From the NCBI GenBank assembly GCA_963811145.1, contig CAWEQC010000003.1:785511-849510 (forward strand): DNA of 64,000 bases, in the 5' to 3' direction. A program made the translations under genes and the position numbers. Every line of letters begins with the position of its first letter. The stretch's first letter is position 1. The notes under the pieces are model-generated. The model made no database searches and was not told the DNA's origin. It saw only the letters and a program-made list of their open reading frames with translations. The stretch is from an uncultured Chloroflexia bacterium (GTDB taxonomy: Bacteria; Chloroflexota; Limnocylindria; QHBO01). This document shows, in pieces, positions 42,066 through 52,239 of this stretch.

Positions 42066-42425
42066 TCAGGCGGCGGACAGCGGCTCCGGCGGTGTCGTGT
42101 CGCGCAGGTCGCGCAGGCGAATCCCGATGCGCATCAGCGAGCCGAGGCGATCCTCGACGCGCGCTCGTTCGACCGGAGTGGCCCAGTGGCGCAGCGTGAA
42201 GTCGACCTCGTGCTTGTGGCGCTCGGCGGTGGCGAACAGCTCGTCGATCCGGCTGCGGGTCGTCGCATCCGGGCCGGCCGCGACGATCGCCCGGTACGAG
42301 GTGAGGACCTCGAGGTAGTACGACGTCGCGAGCCTGTCGAGGTCACGCTGGGCGCCATGCTCCCACGGCTCGGGAGGACCACCGAACCCGAACTTCCGCC
42401 ATTGGTGCGGCTGGACCTGCTGCAT
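42066..42425 (-). CDS. Hypothetical helical protein (119 aa)
   Basis: RBS GGAAGGG; MQQVQPHQWRKFGFGGPPEPWE...; typical high-GC codon usage. Confidence 0.7.
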   Translation of the reverse strand: MQQVQPHQWRKFGFGGPPEPWEHGAQRDLDRLATSYYLEVLTSYRAIVAAGPDATTRSRIDELFATAERHKHEVDFTLRHWATPVERARVEDRLGSLMRIGIRLRDLRDTTPPEPLSAA

Positions 42426-42437
42426 CGAATCCCTTCC

Positions 42438-42583
42438 GTGTGCATTGGGTGTGGACCCCGTGGACGACCACGGTATTGGCTTGCCCGCCGCACGGCGAGT
42501 GGCCGTTCAGGCTATCGGTGGCCTTACCAACGGCTGAGCCGATCTCCATCAGACCGATGCAGACCAATCCGGTCCTCCATCGG
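42438..42583. ncRNA. Candidate structured RNA or cis-regulatory leader (family not recognised)
   Basis: Nested stems found by eye: 42438-48/42554-64, 42458-63/42468-73, 42475-82/42536-43, 42486-89/42494-97, 42501-07/42529-35; alternative stem 42554-59/42578-83. Confidence 0.4.
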
Positions 42584-42676
42584 GCGTTCACAATTGGTGC
42601 ACAAGCCGCGCGCCAGCCTGAACGTCGATCGGTCAAGTGAGATGGCCGATGGACAGCAACAAAGGAGACGCAGGAC

Positions 42677-43073
42677 ATGTTCGGACGAACGATCCTCGGG
42701 GTGCTGGCGGTCATGGCGCTGGTGGCGCTCGTGGCCTTCGCGGGCACATCGGTCTACAACGCGGGAGTTAGCCAGGGGCTCGCCGACGCGGCCAGCGCGG
42801 CAGCCGCTTCCGGCGATCCGGTGCCGGTGGTGGTCGCCCCGTACGGTGGCCATTACGGCTACGGCTATGGCGGTCCGGGGTTCTTCGGGATCTTCTTCTG
42901 GATCCTGGGATTCTTCCTGATCTTCGGGCTGCTGCGCGCGGCCTTCGGCTGGGGCCGATGGGGCGGCGGCGGACCCGGGCCGCGGCGGCTGGGAGTCGCG
43001 CCAGGAGCGGATGTCGGAGCTGCACCGGGAGCTGCATCGGCGAGACGACCAGGCATCCGGATCGGCCGGATGA
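42677..43073 (+). CDS. Two-TM Gly-rich membrane protein (frameshift near 42980)
   Basis: RBS AAGGAG; YNAGVSQG, GFFGIFFWILGFFLIFGLLRAAF, C-terminal ELHRELH after frame correction. Confidence 0.7.
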
Positions 43074-43138
43074 CGACGGAGGGACGGGTGGCGCGCGCCA
43101 GCGTCGTCCGTCCGCTCGTCGCGTAGCATCGGCGCACC

Positions 43139-43811
<673 letters not shown>

Positions 43812-43819
<8 letters not shown>

Positions 43820-44975
43820 CGAAGCGCCAGGACCGATGGCGCGGCCGCGGATGGGGGCCGCCTGACGGGCGACCGGCCCCGATGGTGGCCGGAGGGCGAG
43901 CCATGGCCGCCGACCGGGAATGCGGGCCGGCGGATGCGGCGACCGCTTCATGATGGCGGGCCGGCGGCGCTTCTTCCTCGTCGTCGCCCTGGTCTTCGCG
44001 CTCCTGATCGCGTTCCTGGTCAGCGTCGTCGACCAGCCTGTTCGGCGGCCAATCCGTCCAGCGGCGCTCTCGGCGCTCCTGGCGCTCGCTGATCTTCGTC
44101 ATTCGTCGCTCGGCGCGCTGCGACGCCTCGTCCGAGGCACCGCGGCGCCGGTCGGCGATCTCGTCGACGCGGCCGGGCGCGTCGAGGCGGGCGAGATCGG
44201 TGACCCAGGTGAAGGTGCGCGGACCGGCCGAGGTCCGCTCGCTCGCCCGGGCGTTCAACGCGATGAGCGCGCGCCTCGAGGAGAACGATGCGTCGCGCCG
44301 CCGGCTGCTCGCCGACGTCAGCCACGAGCTGCGCACGCCGCTGACCGTCATGCAGGGCACGCTGGAGGGGATCCTCGACGGCGTCTACCCCGCGGACGAG
44401 GCGCACCTGCGTGCCGGTGCTCGAGGAGACCCGGGTGCTGGCCAGGCTGATCGACGACCTGCGCACGCTGTCGCTGTCGGAGGTCGGCGTGCTGCGCCTC
44501 CACCGCGAGCCGACCGACCTCGCGCGGCTGATCGAGGAGGTCGTCGCCGGCCATCGCGCCGCCGCGGACGAAGCCGGCGTGACCATCGCCGTCGACGGCG
44601 CCGGCCGACCTGCCGACTGCTCGAGGTGGATCCGTCCCGCATCCGGCAGGTGGTCGGCAACCTCGTCGCCAACGCGCTGCGCTTCACGCCGCGCGACGGC
44701 CGCGTGTCCGTCGAAGCCGGCCAGGATGCGGATGGCGCGTGGGTTCGGGTCCGATGACACGGGCCCCGGCATCGGTCCCGAGGAGCTCGACCACGTCTTC
44801 GACCGCTTCTACCGATCGCCCGGCTCATCCGGGCAGCGGCCTCGGCCTGCCGATCGCCCGCAACCTGGTCGAGGCGCACGGGGGCGAGATCTCGATCCGA
44901 GAGCCCGCCGAGCGGCGGCACGAGGTCCGCTTCACACTGCCCGCGGCTCTGCGGAGCCCCGCCAGGACCCGGTAG
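43812..44975 (+). CDS. HAMP sensor histidine kinase, BaeS-like (frameshifted)
   Basis: EVRSLARAFNAM, ADVSHELRTPLT, RIRQVVGNLVANALRFT, DTGPGI, GSGLGLPIA. Confidence 0.88.
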
Positions 44976-44985
44976 GAGCGTCGGC

Positions 44986-45689
44986 TCAGGTCCCAGGCTC
45001 GAGGCGCTGGACCGGACGGGACGAAGGCCACGCAGCAGAAGCCAGGCTGCGGGTCGAGGATCGGTCGGAGCTCGGTGACCCGTGCGCCATCAGCGATGCC
45101 TTCGGCCATCGCCAGGTTGGTGCCGCACATGAGCGGTCGGTGCGATCGGCAAGGGCGTCGAAGGGGCAGTTCCGGAGCCGGATCGTGCCGGTCGCCTCGA
45201 GATACGGCTCGTAGCCGCCCAGCCTCGAGCGCAGCCGCCAACCGTTCGCTGCGAGTCGGTGTGCCGGCGGCCGGCGGCGAGCTCCTCGCCCGAGGGCATG
45301 GGCTGCCTTGCGCAGGGCCGGCGGCGGTGAGCCGTCGCCGAGCTGCTCGAGGGCGGCGGCGAAGAGCTGCGCGGCACGCTCGTAGCGGCGGTCGGGAAGC
45401 GTCACGCTGAACTCGCGATCGGCTCGCCAATAGACGCGGGCTGGGCGGCCGGCGCCGGGACCGACCCGGCCCGTCAGCCGCTGGTAGCCGGCATCGAGGA
45501 GCCCGGCCGACGGCCAGACGGTCGAGATGGAACGTGGCGAGGGCGCGGGTGATCCGCAGCGCGCGCGCCGCCTCTTCGCGGCCCACCGGTCGCGCCTGGC
45601 GGACGACCCAGTCGTAGAGCCGGCCGCGAACGGGCTCGTCGAGCAGGCCGATCGCGGCAACGTCCTGGTCTCGTGCACTGTTCGGTCAT
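44986..45689 (-). CDS. ArsR-like HTH regulator with Cys-rich C-terminus (COG2345/SufR-like; frameshifted)
   Basis: DEPVRGRLY, FHLDRL, GPGAGRPARVY, IRLRNCPF, LMCGTNL, GFCCV. Confidence 0.8.
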
Positions 45690-45731
45690 CGGAGGCTGCA
45701 TTCTATCACGCGCATTTCGCTATTGAAAGAG

Positions 45732-45761
45732 TTGACACGCCGTCCAGTGCCGATGTATCAC
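45732..45761 (+). promoter_or_regulatory. Sigma70-type promoter
   Basis: TTGACA (45732-45737), 18-nt spacer, TATCAC (45756-45761), 6 nt before ATG 45768. Confidence 0.55.
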
Positions 45762-45767
45762 TAGCGA

Positions 45768-46076
45768 ATGCTGACGATAGAAACCTCGAGCAGCCGAGTG
45801 GTGGCGGAGTTGCGCGCGCTGCCGGTGGCCAGCCGCATTGGGCTTGCCGTCATCGTCATGGCCGGGCTGATGGACGTGAGCGGTCCACGTGGTGGGAACG
45901 GAAGGCGCACGCAGCGCATCACGGCCTTCCTGCCGGAGCACGCGGCTCACCTGCTCGGCGTCGTCGGCATGGTCCTCGTCCTGGCGGGCGTCCTCATCCA
46001 TGGCGCACGCCGCCAACTCAACGGCCGCACCGGCGCGGCCATCAATGGAGGTCTCGACGCACATGCCCCTCGGTGA
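45768..46076 (+). CDS. Small two-TM His-rich membrane protein (internal compensating indels likely)
   Basis: TM1 IGLAVIVMAGLMD; alternative frames give DVAVH...AHAAHHG; then PEHAAHLLGVVGMVLVLAGV. Confidence 0.6.
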   Translation: MLTIETSSSRVVAELRALPVASRIGLAVIVMAGLMDVSGPRGGNGRRTQRITAFLPEHAAHLLGVVGMVLVLAGVLIHGARRQLNGRTGAAINGGLDAHAPR

Positions 46077-46373
46077 CTTCGTCAACTTCATTCCCGCGCC
46101 GGTCTTCCTGCTCATCCACATCGACGGCCTTCGCCATCGGCGCGTATTTCGCCTGGCGCAGCTTCAACGCCGATGCCAGCCTGCTGGGCTGGGGCTTCAG
46201 CCTCTTCGCATTGGCGGAGATCAGCTACATGACGTACCACCTGGACTGGACCGTCTTCCTCTTCGCGCACACCATCAGCGAGGTCCTCGACCTGCTCGCC
46301 TTCGTCCTGATCTTCGTCGGCGGTCACGCGCGGCGTGACGGCGAGCCTGCGCGGTGCGGAAGGCCGGGCGTGA
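46063..46373 (+). CDS. Small three-TM membrane protein (frameshifted)
   Basis: RBS GGAGG; MPLGDFVNFIPAPVFLLIH, AFAIGAYFAWR, ALAEISYMTYHLDWTVFLFAHTISEVLDL. Confidence 0.7.
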
Positions 46374-46728
46374 TGGCTCGCCGCGGCGTTGGTCGTCGGC
46401 GCTACTGCTCGGCCGCGGCATGGCTGCTGGCGGGCTGCGCGGCCGCCAGCTCGGCCGAACCGGTCGCAACCGATCAGGTGGATCTGCCGCCGTCCTACCG
46501 CTTCGAGCCCGAGGCCATCACCGTCCCGGATGGCACGAAGGTGACATGGACCAACAACGACAACTTCACGCACAACGTGCGGCTGCTCGACGACGGCGGC
46601 GAGACCATGACCGTGGCACCCGGGTGAGAGCGTGAGCTTCACCTTCACAGGGCCCGGCGAGCACCGCTACGACTGCTCGTTCAATCCACAATGACATGAG
46701 CGGCGTGGTGATCGTCACCGAGACCTGA
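46373..46728 (+). CDS. Cupredoxin (plastocyanin/azurin-like) lipoprotein (frameshifted)
   Basis: Lipobox LLAGC; FEPEAITVPDGTKVTWTNNDNFTHNV; C-terminal YDCSFNPQ..MSGVVIV type-1 Cu loop. The expected His reads as Asn next to an indel. Confidence 0.8.
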
Positions 46729-46738
46729 TGTGTCAACG

Positions 46739-46771
46739 GAGCCGGGCACGCACCCAGGGCATGCCCGGCTC
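46739..46771. terminator. Hairpin between convergent genes
   Basis: GAGCCGGGCA...TGCCCGGCTC 10-bp stem. Confidence 0.6.
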
Positions 46772-46779
46772 TCGTGGCG

Positions 46780-47291
46780 TCAGCCCTTGGCGAGCAGGGC
46801 CTCGAGCCGATCCCATGTCTCGATCGCGCCGCCGACCATGCCGGTCGCAAGGGCGCCTTCGATGATCTCGGGGGATCCCATGTGGCCGATCGACGTGACC
46901 CTCGTCCTGCCGTCGACCTCCTCGAGGATGAAGGTCTCGGGTCCTCCCTGCGGCCCGACGCCTCAACGTCGAACATGAACGTCCACTTGTAGCCCGCCGG
47001 CGGGGTGACCTCCAGGTACTCGCCGTAGAAGACGACGTCGTCTCGATCCGGCGCAGTGCTCACGTATCGCCACGTGCCGCCGGGCCGGACGTCCATCTCG
47101 TCGACGGTCGTCGTCGTGCCGTGCGGGCCCCACCAGCGCGGAACGAGCTCCGGATCGGTGAAGGCCTTCCAGACCAGCTCACGCGGGGCATCGAAGGTGC
47201 GCTCGAACACGAGGTCGCCACCCTCCGAGTAGATCTTCGTCGTCTCGGTGCTACCCCGGTCGATTCGAGTCGCGGTCATCGTCGTCTCCAT
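46780..47291 (-). CDS. SRPBCC/AHSA1 domain protein (frameshift near 46965)
   Basis: FERTFDAPRELVWKAFTDPELVPRWWGP, MDVRPGGTWRY, GMVGGAIETWDRLEALL. Confidence 0.88.
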
Positions 47292-47640
47292 TTCCTGCTC
47301 CTTGTCCTGTATCTCGCGGAGATAGGTGTCAAGCCGTTCGAAGCTCTCCTCCCAATGCCGGCGGTACTGGCCGACCCAGTCGGCGATGTCCTTCAGCGGG
47401 CCTGCCCGCAGCCGTCGCGGTCGCCATTGCGCCTGTCGGCCCTGCTCGATGAGCCCGGCGCGCTCCAGCACCCGGAGGTGCTTGGAGATGGCCGGCTGGC
47501 TCATCTCGAATGGCGCGGCGAGGTCCTTGACCGATGCCTCGCCTTCGGCGAGACGGGCCAGGATCGCGCGCCGGGTCGGGATCGGCCAGGGCGGCGAAGG
47601 TGGTGCTGAGAGGGTCGGGCCGTTGCATCGGTTCCATCAC
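47251..47640 (-). CDS. ArsR/SmtB family regulator (frameshifted; 3' end uncertain)
   Basis: FAALADP..RAILARL, MSQPAISKHLRVLERAGLI, QWRP, WEESFERLD. Confidence 0.88.
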
Positions 47641-47645
47641 TCTAG

Positions 47646-47693
47646 GGTTATATAACCTATCGGTACTATACAGCCGTCAGATCGGGTTGTCAA
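47646..47693 (-). promoter_or_regulatory. Sigma70 promoter and palindromic operator of the ArsR-SRPBCC operon
   Basis: Minus strand TTGACA (47693-47688), 17-nt spacer, TATAGT (47670-47665); perfect palindrome GGTTATATAACC at 47646-47657. Confidence 0.7.
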
Positions 47694-47759
47694 CCCCGCT
47701 GCCGAGGCGGTCAGATTGGCCGCCGCAATCCATCCCGGATACAATCCCACGGCGTCCAC

Positions 47760-47834
47760 TGGGGAGTGGCCAAGCGGTAAGGCGCCTGACTCTGGATCAG
47801 GAGATCGAAGGTTCGAATCCTTCCTCCCCAGCCA
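47760..47834 (+). tRNA. tRNA-Gln (anticodon CTG)
   Basis: TGGGGAG/CTCCCCA acceptor stem, D-loop AAGCGGTAAG, anticodon arm CCTGA-CTCTGGA-TCAGG, T-loop GGTTCGAATCC, encoded 3' CCA; upstream TACAAT. Confidence 0.96.
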
Positions 47835-47875
47835 CGACCGCTCGTCTTGCGACGCCGGACGTGCCCCCCCTCGGC

Positions 47876-48586
47876 TCAGAGGCGATCTTCCGCGGGCGAC
47901 GTTGCTGCCTCATGGAGGCGAGCCGGGGCCAGCAGCTGGAGCCCATTCCGCCCGACTCGGGCAACCATGCCCTCGCGCTCCAGCTGGCGAATGACGCGAC
48001 TCGTCATCTCGCGGCTGGTGCCGACCATGCTCGGCAGGTGAGAGCGTGACAGCACGGCCGGCTCGCCGAAGAACAGGTCGAGGTACCTGGCGAGAACCTG
48101 GATCACACGCTGACGCGAGCTCTGATGAATGACTCCATCGAGCCGCCTGGTCATGTCCTCGATCTGTCTGGCCATACCGTCGATGGCCTCCGTCGCCAGG
48201 CCGAGGTCATCGTTCGTCAGCTTCCGGAGCTGATGTCCGGGCCATACGGCCACCCGCGCGTCTGTGAGCGCAACGAGATCAATGCCCGCCGGCCGGCCCG
48301 AGATGCTGGAGTAGCCGAACATGTCGCCCCGCGTCGGCGACGCCCAGGACGAGCTGACGCCCATCCGCCGTCGTTCGGCGAAAGAGCGCGTGTCCGTCGA
48401 GCATCAGGGTCAGGACGATCGGCTCTCCCTGGCGGAAGATGCAGTCCTTCGCGGCGAGGCTCTGCACGCGGGCGGACTGCGCAAGGGTCAGATGCGTATC
48501 AGGTCGCGCATTGGGAATCGCGCTCGCGATGATGCGAGAGAGGTCCGCGGGCTCGGGCCCCGTTGGCTGGGGATCGGTTCAGGCAT
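47876..48586 (-). CDS. Crp/Fnr family transcriptional regulator (frameshifted; start uncertain)
   Basis: IFRQGE, TADGRQLVL, GDMFG, HTH LSRSHLPSMVGTSREMTSRVIRQLEREG. Confidence 0.8.
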
Positions 48587-48632
48587 GACGGTTGCGTGTG
48601 CTGGTCACTGGCCGGGGGATTCTACCGCCTAC

Positions 48633-48668
48633 AAGACAGACCTGTCTACCCATAGACCGATCAGTCTC
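48633..48668. promoter_or_regulatory. Two tandem TetR-type (NemR-box-like) operators
   Basis: AAGACAGACCTGTCTA (48633-48648) and TAGACCGATCAGTCTC (48653-48668), 20 bp apart; both resemble TAGACC-N4-GGTCTA. Confidence 0.65.
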
Positions 48669-48716
48669 AAGCGGGTATGTTGGCGCAGGGCTACACCAGC
48701 GCCGGGAGTAATCGGC

Positions 48717-49867
48717 ATGAGGGTGGAGGACGCCGGCCACCCGGCGTTTCCGATCCAGATCGCCGGGGGGCAGCTGGGGGAACGCCGCCATGTCTGCGGC
48801 GTGTTCGAGGATCCCGAGGCTGCGTATCGAACGCTGCTGCCCTTCATCCTCGATGGGTTCGAACGCGGTCAGCGTGCGTTCCACATCGTGGATCCGGCGG
48901 AACGGCGCGCACACATCGAGCGGCTTGCCCACGCCGGAGTCGATGTCGAGGAGGCACTTGGCGCGGGCCAGCTGCAGGTCGAGACGTGGGACAGCGTGTA
49001 TCTGCGCGGTGGGCGATTCGATCGAGCGGCCACGGTCAATCTCATCCTCAATGCGCTCACCGAGGGTCGCGAGCTTGGCTTCCCGATCACTCGACTCATC
49101 GGCTTCATGGGCTGGACATATCCCGATGCGGCGACTGCCTGGGACCTCGCGAGCTACGAGTCGCAGGTCGAGGCCGCACTGCGTGGCATCCCAGATCCGG
49201 TCGTGTGCGCCTATGATCTCGAGCGAATTCCCTCCGGCCTGCTCATCCAGATGCTGGGTCTCCATCCACTGGGCATCGTCGATGGCCGCCTTCGACGCAC
49301 GGCCGGTGTCCCATTCTCGCCCCGGGACCGCATCCTCGAAGCTGCGTCGGAGCTCTTCGCCGGGCGTCGCGTCAACTCGACCGGGGTGGACATGCTGATC
49401 GAGCGGGCAGGCGTGGCGAAGGCGACCTTCTATCGGCACTTTCCCTCGAAGGATGCCCTCATCAGTGAATGGCTCCTCAATTGGCGCGCGCGTTGGATCG
49501 ATCGCCTCCGGCCGAAGGCGGAGGCGGCAGCGTCTTCGCCCGAGGAGCTCATCCCCGTCTTCTTCGACGTCGTCGCGGAGTGGCTGGAGGCGGAGGGCTT
49601 TCGAGGTTGCCCGTACCTCAACACCGCCGTCGAGATCGTGGATCCGGCCCACCCTGCTCGACAGGTGGTCCGAGATTATCTGAACGAAGTCGCCGGCTTC
49701 CTGCGTGACGTCCTGGAGTCGACGGGCCATCCTGCGGCTGAGGCACGGTCGCTCGAGCTGCAGGCGCTCCTGGCGGGCGGCATGTCGCTCGCCGTGGCCA
49801 TCGGAGCGCGGCTCCCGTGCTGGCAGCGCGCGACGCTGCGCTCAGGCTGCTTCGCGAGGCCACCTGA
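48717..49867 (+). CDS. MEDS sensory domain fused to a TetR/AcrR regulator (frameshift near 49810)
   Basis: MEDS: RHVCGVF, LLPFILDG, YLRGGRFD, TRLIGFMGW, YESQV, VVCAYDL, HP; in-frame TetR: PRDRILEAASELF, STGVDMLIERAGVAKATFYRHFPSKDALI, FRGCPYLN. Confidence 0.85.
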
Positions 49868-50269
49868 AGGGCTTGCTTGCGGCGCGCATCGGCTGCGGCA
49901 GGCGGAACATGTTCCTAGCGCTGTACCTGATCCGATGCGATGGTCGCTTGGCTGTCACTGCCCAACAGGGCGAGAGCGAGACCAGATCAATCAACGTGCC
50001 CTGCAACTCGTCGTCGAAGATCGGGAACGCCTTCCCGGCTCGGCCGATGCCCGTCGTCCCGAAACGACGGGAACCCGGAGCCCCGCGAGCCATCGTTGGC
50101 CTTCTCCCATTGGTCCTATTGGCCTCGCCATTGGCCTAGCCCAATCTGCCCATCAACTCGACATCGTCAGCGGACGTCGAGCGAGCGTGCGCAGCCAGCG
50201 CCGCGGGCCGCACGGAAGGGCAATACCAGCGATGACGGTGTATGCATTGCACGGTGGTGGGACGTGCTG

Positions 50270-51812
50270 ATGCGCCCGGAGCGCGAGAGCGCGGAGTCCG
50301 GTGCGAAGTACCGTGGCCTGCTCGAGGCGGCGCCCGACGCGATGGTGGTCGTCAACCAGGGCGGCGAGATCGTGCTGCTGAACCTGCAGGCCGAGAAGCA
50401 GTTCGGCTACCACCGCGACGAGCTGGTGGGCCAGCAGGTCACGAACATCATTCCCGAGGGCTTCGCCGAGCGCCTGATCGCGGACGACCTGCGCTCCGCC
50501 GAGGACGCGCTGGCCCAGCAGATCGGCACCGGCATCGAGCTGACCGGACGGCGCAAGGACGGCAGCGACTTCCCGATCGAGATCATGCTCAGCCCGCTGG
50601 AGAGCGCCGACGGCATCCTGGTCACGGCGGCCATCCGCGACATCAGCGTGCGCAAGGCGGCCGAAGCCGGCACTGGCGCAGATGGAGGGCAGATACCGCG
50701 GCCTGCTCGAGGCGGCGCCCGACGCGATGGTGGTCGTCAACCAGGGCGGCGAGATCGTGCTGCTCAACCTGCAGGCCGAGAAGCAGTTCGGCTACCACCG
50801 CGACGAGCTGGTCGGGCCAGCAGGTCACGAACATCATTCCCGAGGGCTTCGCCGAGCGCCTGATCGCGGACGACCTGCGCTCCGCCGAGGACGCGCTGGC
50901 CCAGCAGATCGGCACCGGCATCGAGCTGACCGGACGGCGCAAGGACGGCAGCGACTTCCCGATCGAGATCATGCTCAGCCCGCTGGAGGGCGCCGACGGC
51001 ATCCTGGTCACGGCCGCCATCCGCGACATCAGCGTGCGCAAGGCGGCCGAAGCCGACCTGCTGCAGAACGTGGAGGAGCTGAACCGCTCCAACGAGGAGC
51101 TGGAGCAGTTCGCCTACATCGCCTCACACGACCTCCAGGAGCCGCTGCGCATGGTGGCCAGCTACACGCAGCTGCTCTCCAAGCGCTACAAGGGAAAGCT
51201 GGACGCCGATGCCGATGAGTTCATCGCGCTACGCGGTGGACGGCGCCAGCCGCATGCAGCGGCTGATCCAGGACCTGCTCACCTACTCACGCGTCGGGAC
51301 ACGAGGAGCGGACCTGCGTCGACACCTCGAGCGAGGTGGCACTGCGAGCAAGCGCTGCGCGAACCTGCAGGGCGCCATCGAAGAGAGCGGCGCGGTCGTC
51401 ACGCACGACCCGCTGCCCGCCGTCCTCGCCGACGAGATGCAGCTGGTTCAGCTGTTCCAGAACCTGGTCGGCAATGCCATCAAGTACCAGGGCCCCGGAG
51501 TGCCCGAGGTCCACATCTCGGCCGGCAGGGACGGCGTCCGGAACTGGACGTTCGTCGGTGACCGACAACGGCCTGGGGATCGACCCGCAATACTTCGACC
51601 AGATCTTCGGGATGTTCCAGCGCCTGCACGGACGGGACGAGTTCGCCGGTACCGGCATCGGGCTCGCAATCAGCAAGAAGATCGTCGAGCGACACGGCGG
51701 GACGCATCTCGGTCGAGTCGAGCCTCGGGGAGGGCTCCACCTTCCGGTTGCCCTGATGGCAGCGAGGCTCGATCGTGAGCGCGCAGCGGAGAGGAGCGGG
51801 CGTACCCATTGA
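50270..51812 (+). CDS. PAS-PAS cytoplasmic histidine kinase (frameshifted)
   Basis: [15 protein letters not shown] twice; [19 protein letters not shown]; [13 protein letters not shown]; DNGLGI; [18 protein letters not shown]. Confidence 0.88.
50309..51055 (+). repeat. Near-identical tandem duplication of a PAS-encoding segment
   Basis: 50309-50669 and 50694-51055 differ at only about five positions by eye. Confidence 0.9.
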
Positions 51813-52239
51813 CGTGCTGCTGGTGGACGACAGCCCCGGCGATGTGCGGCTGACCCAGGAGGCGTTCCGCGATGCGAATGCCTCGGTCAGGCTGCACGTG
51901 GCGTCCGACGGCGTGGAGGCGATGGCGTTCCTGAGGCACGAGGGCGTCCGCACCTCGACGTACCTCGGCCCGGATCTGATCCTGCTGGATCTCAACCTGC
52001 CCAAGATGGACGGGCGCGAGGTCCTCGGCCTCATCAAGGAGTGACGAGAGCCTCATGACGATCCCGACCGTCATCCTGACCACGTCCGAGGCGCGAAGCC
52101 GACATCCTGATCACCTACAAGCTGCAGCGCGAACGCCTACGTCAGCAAGCCCGTGCATCTCGAGGCCTTCGTGAGCCTCATCAAGAGCATCAACGACTTC
52201 TGGCTGACGAAGGCGAAGCTGCCGAGCATGAGCCGATGA
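51775..52239 (+). CDS. Single-domain response regulator, Rcp1-like (frameshifted)
   Basis: [59 protein letters not shown]. Confidence 0.85.

Noticed and set aside
46566-47504. Apparent ArsR-SRPBCC fusion ORF
   Set aside because: These are normally two overlapping genes. An RBS-like AAGGAG precedes ATG 47291, a single indel would end ArsR nearby, and both genes contain other indels.
52042-52044. In-frame TGA in the receiver gene as possible selenocysteine or readthrough
   Set aside because: The conserved sequence continues in a different frame ([15 protein letters not shown]), so this is an indel, not recoding.
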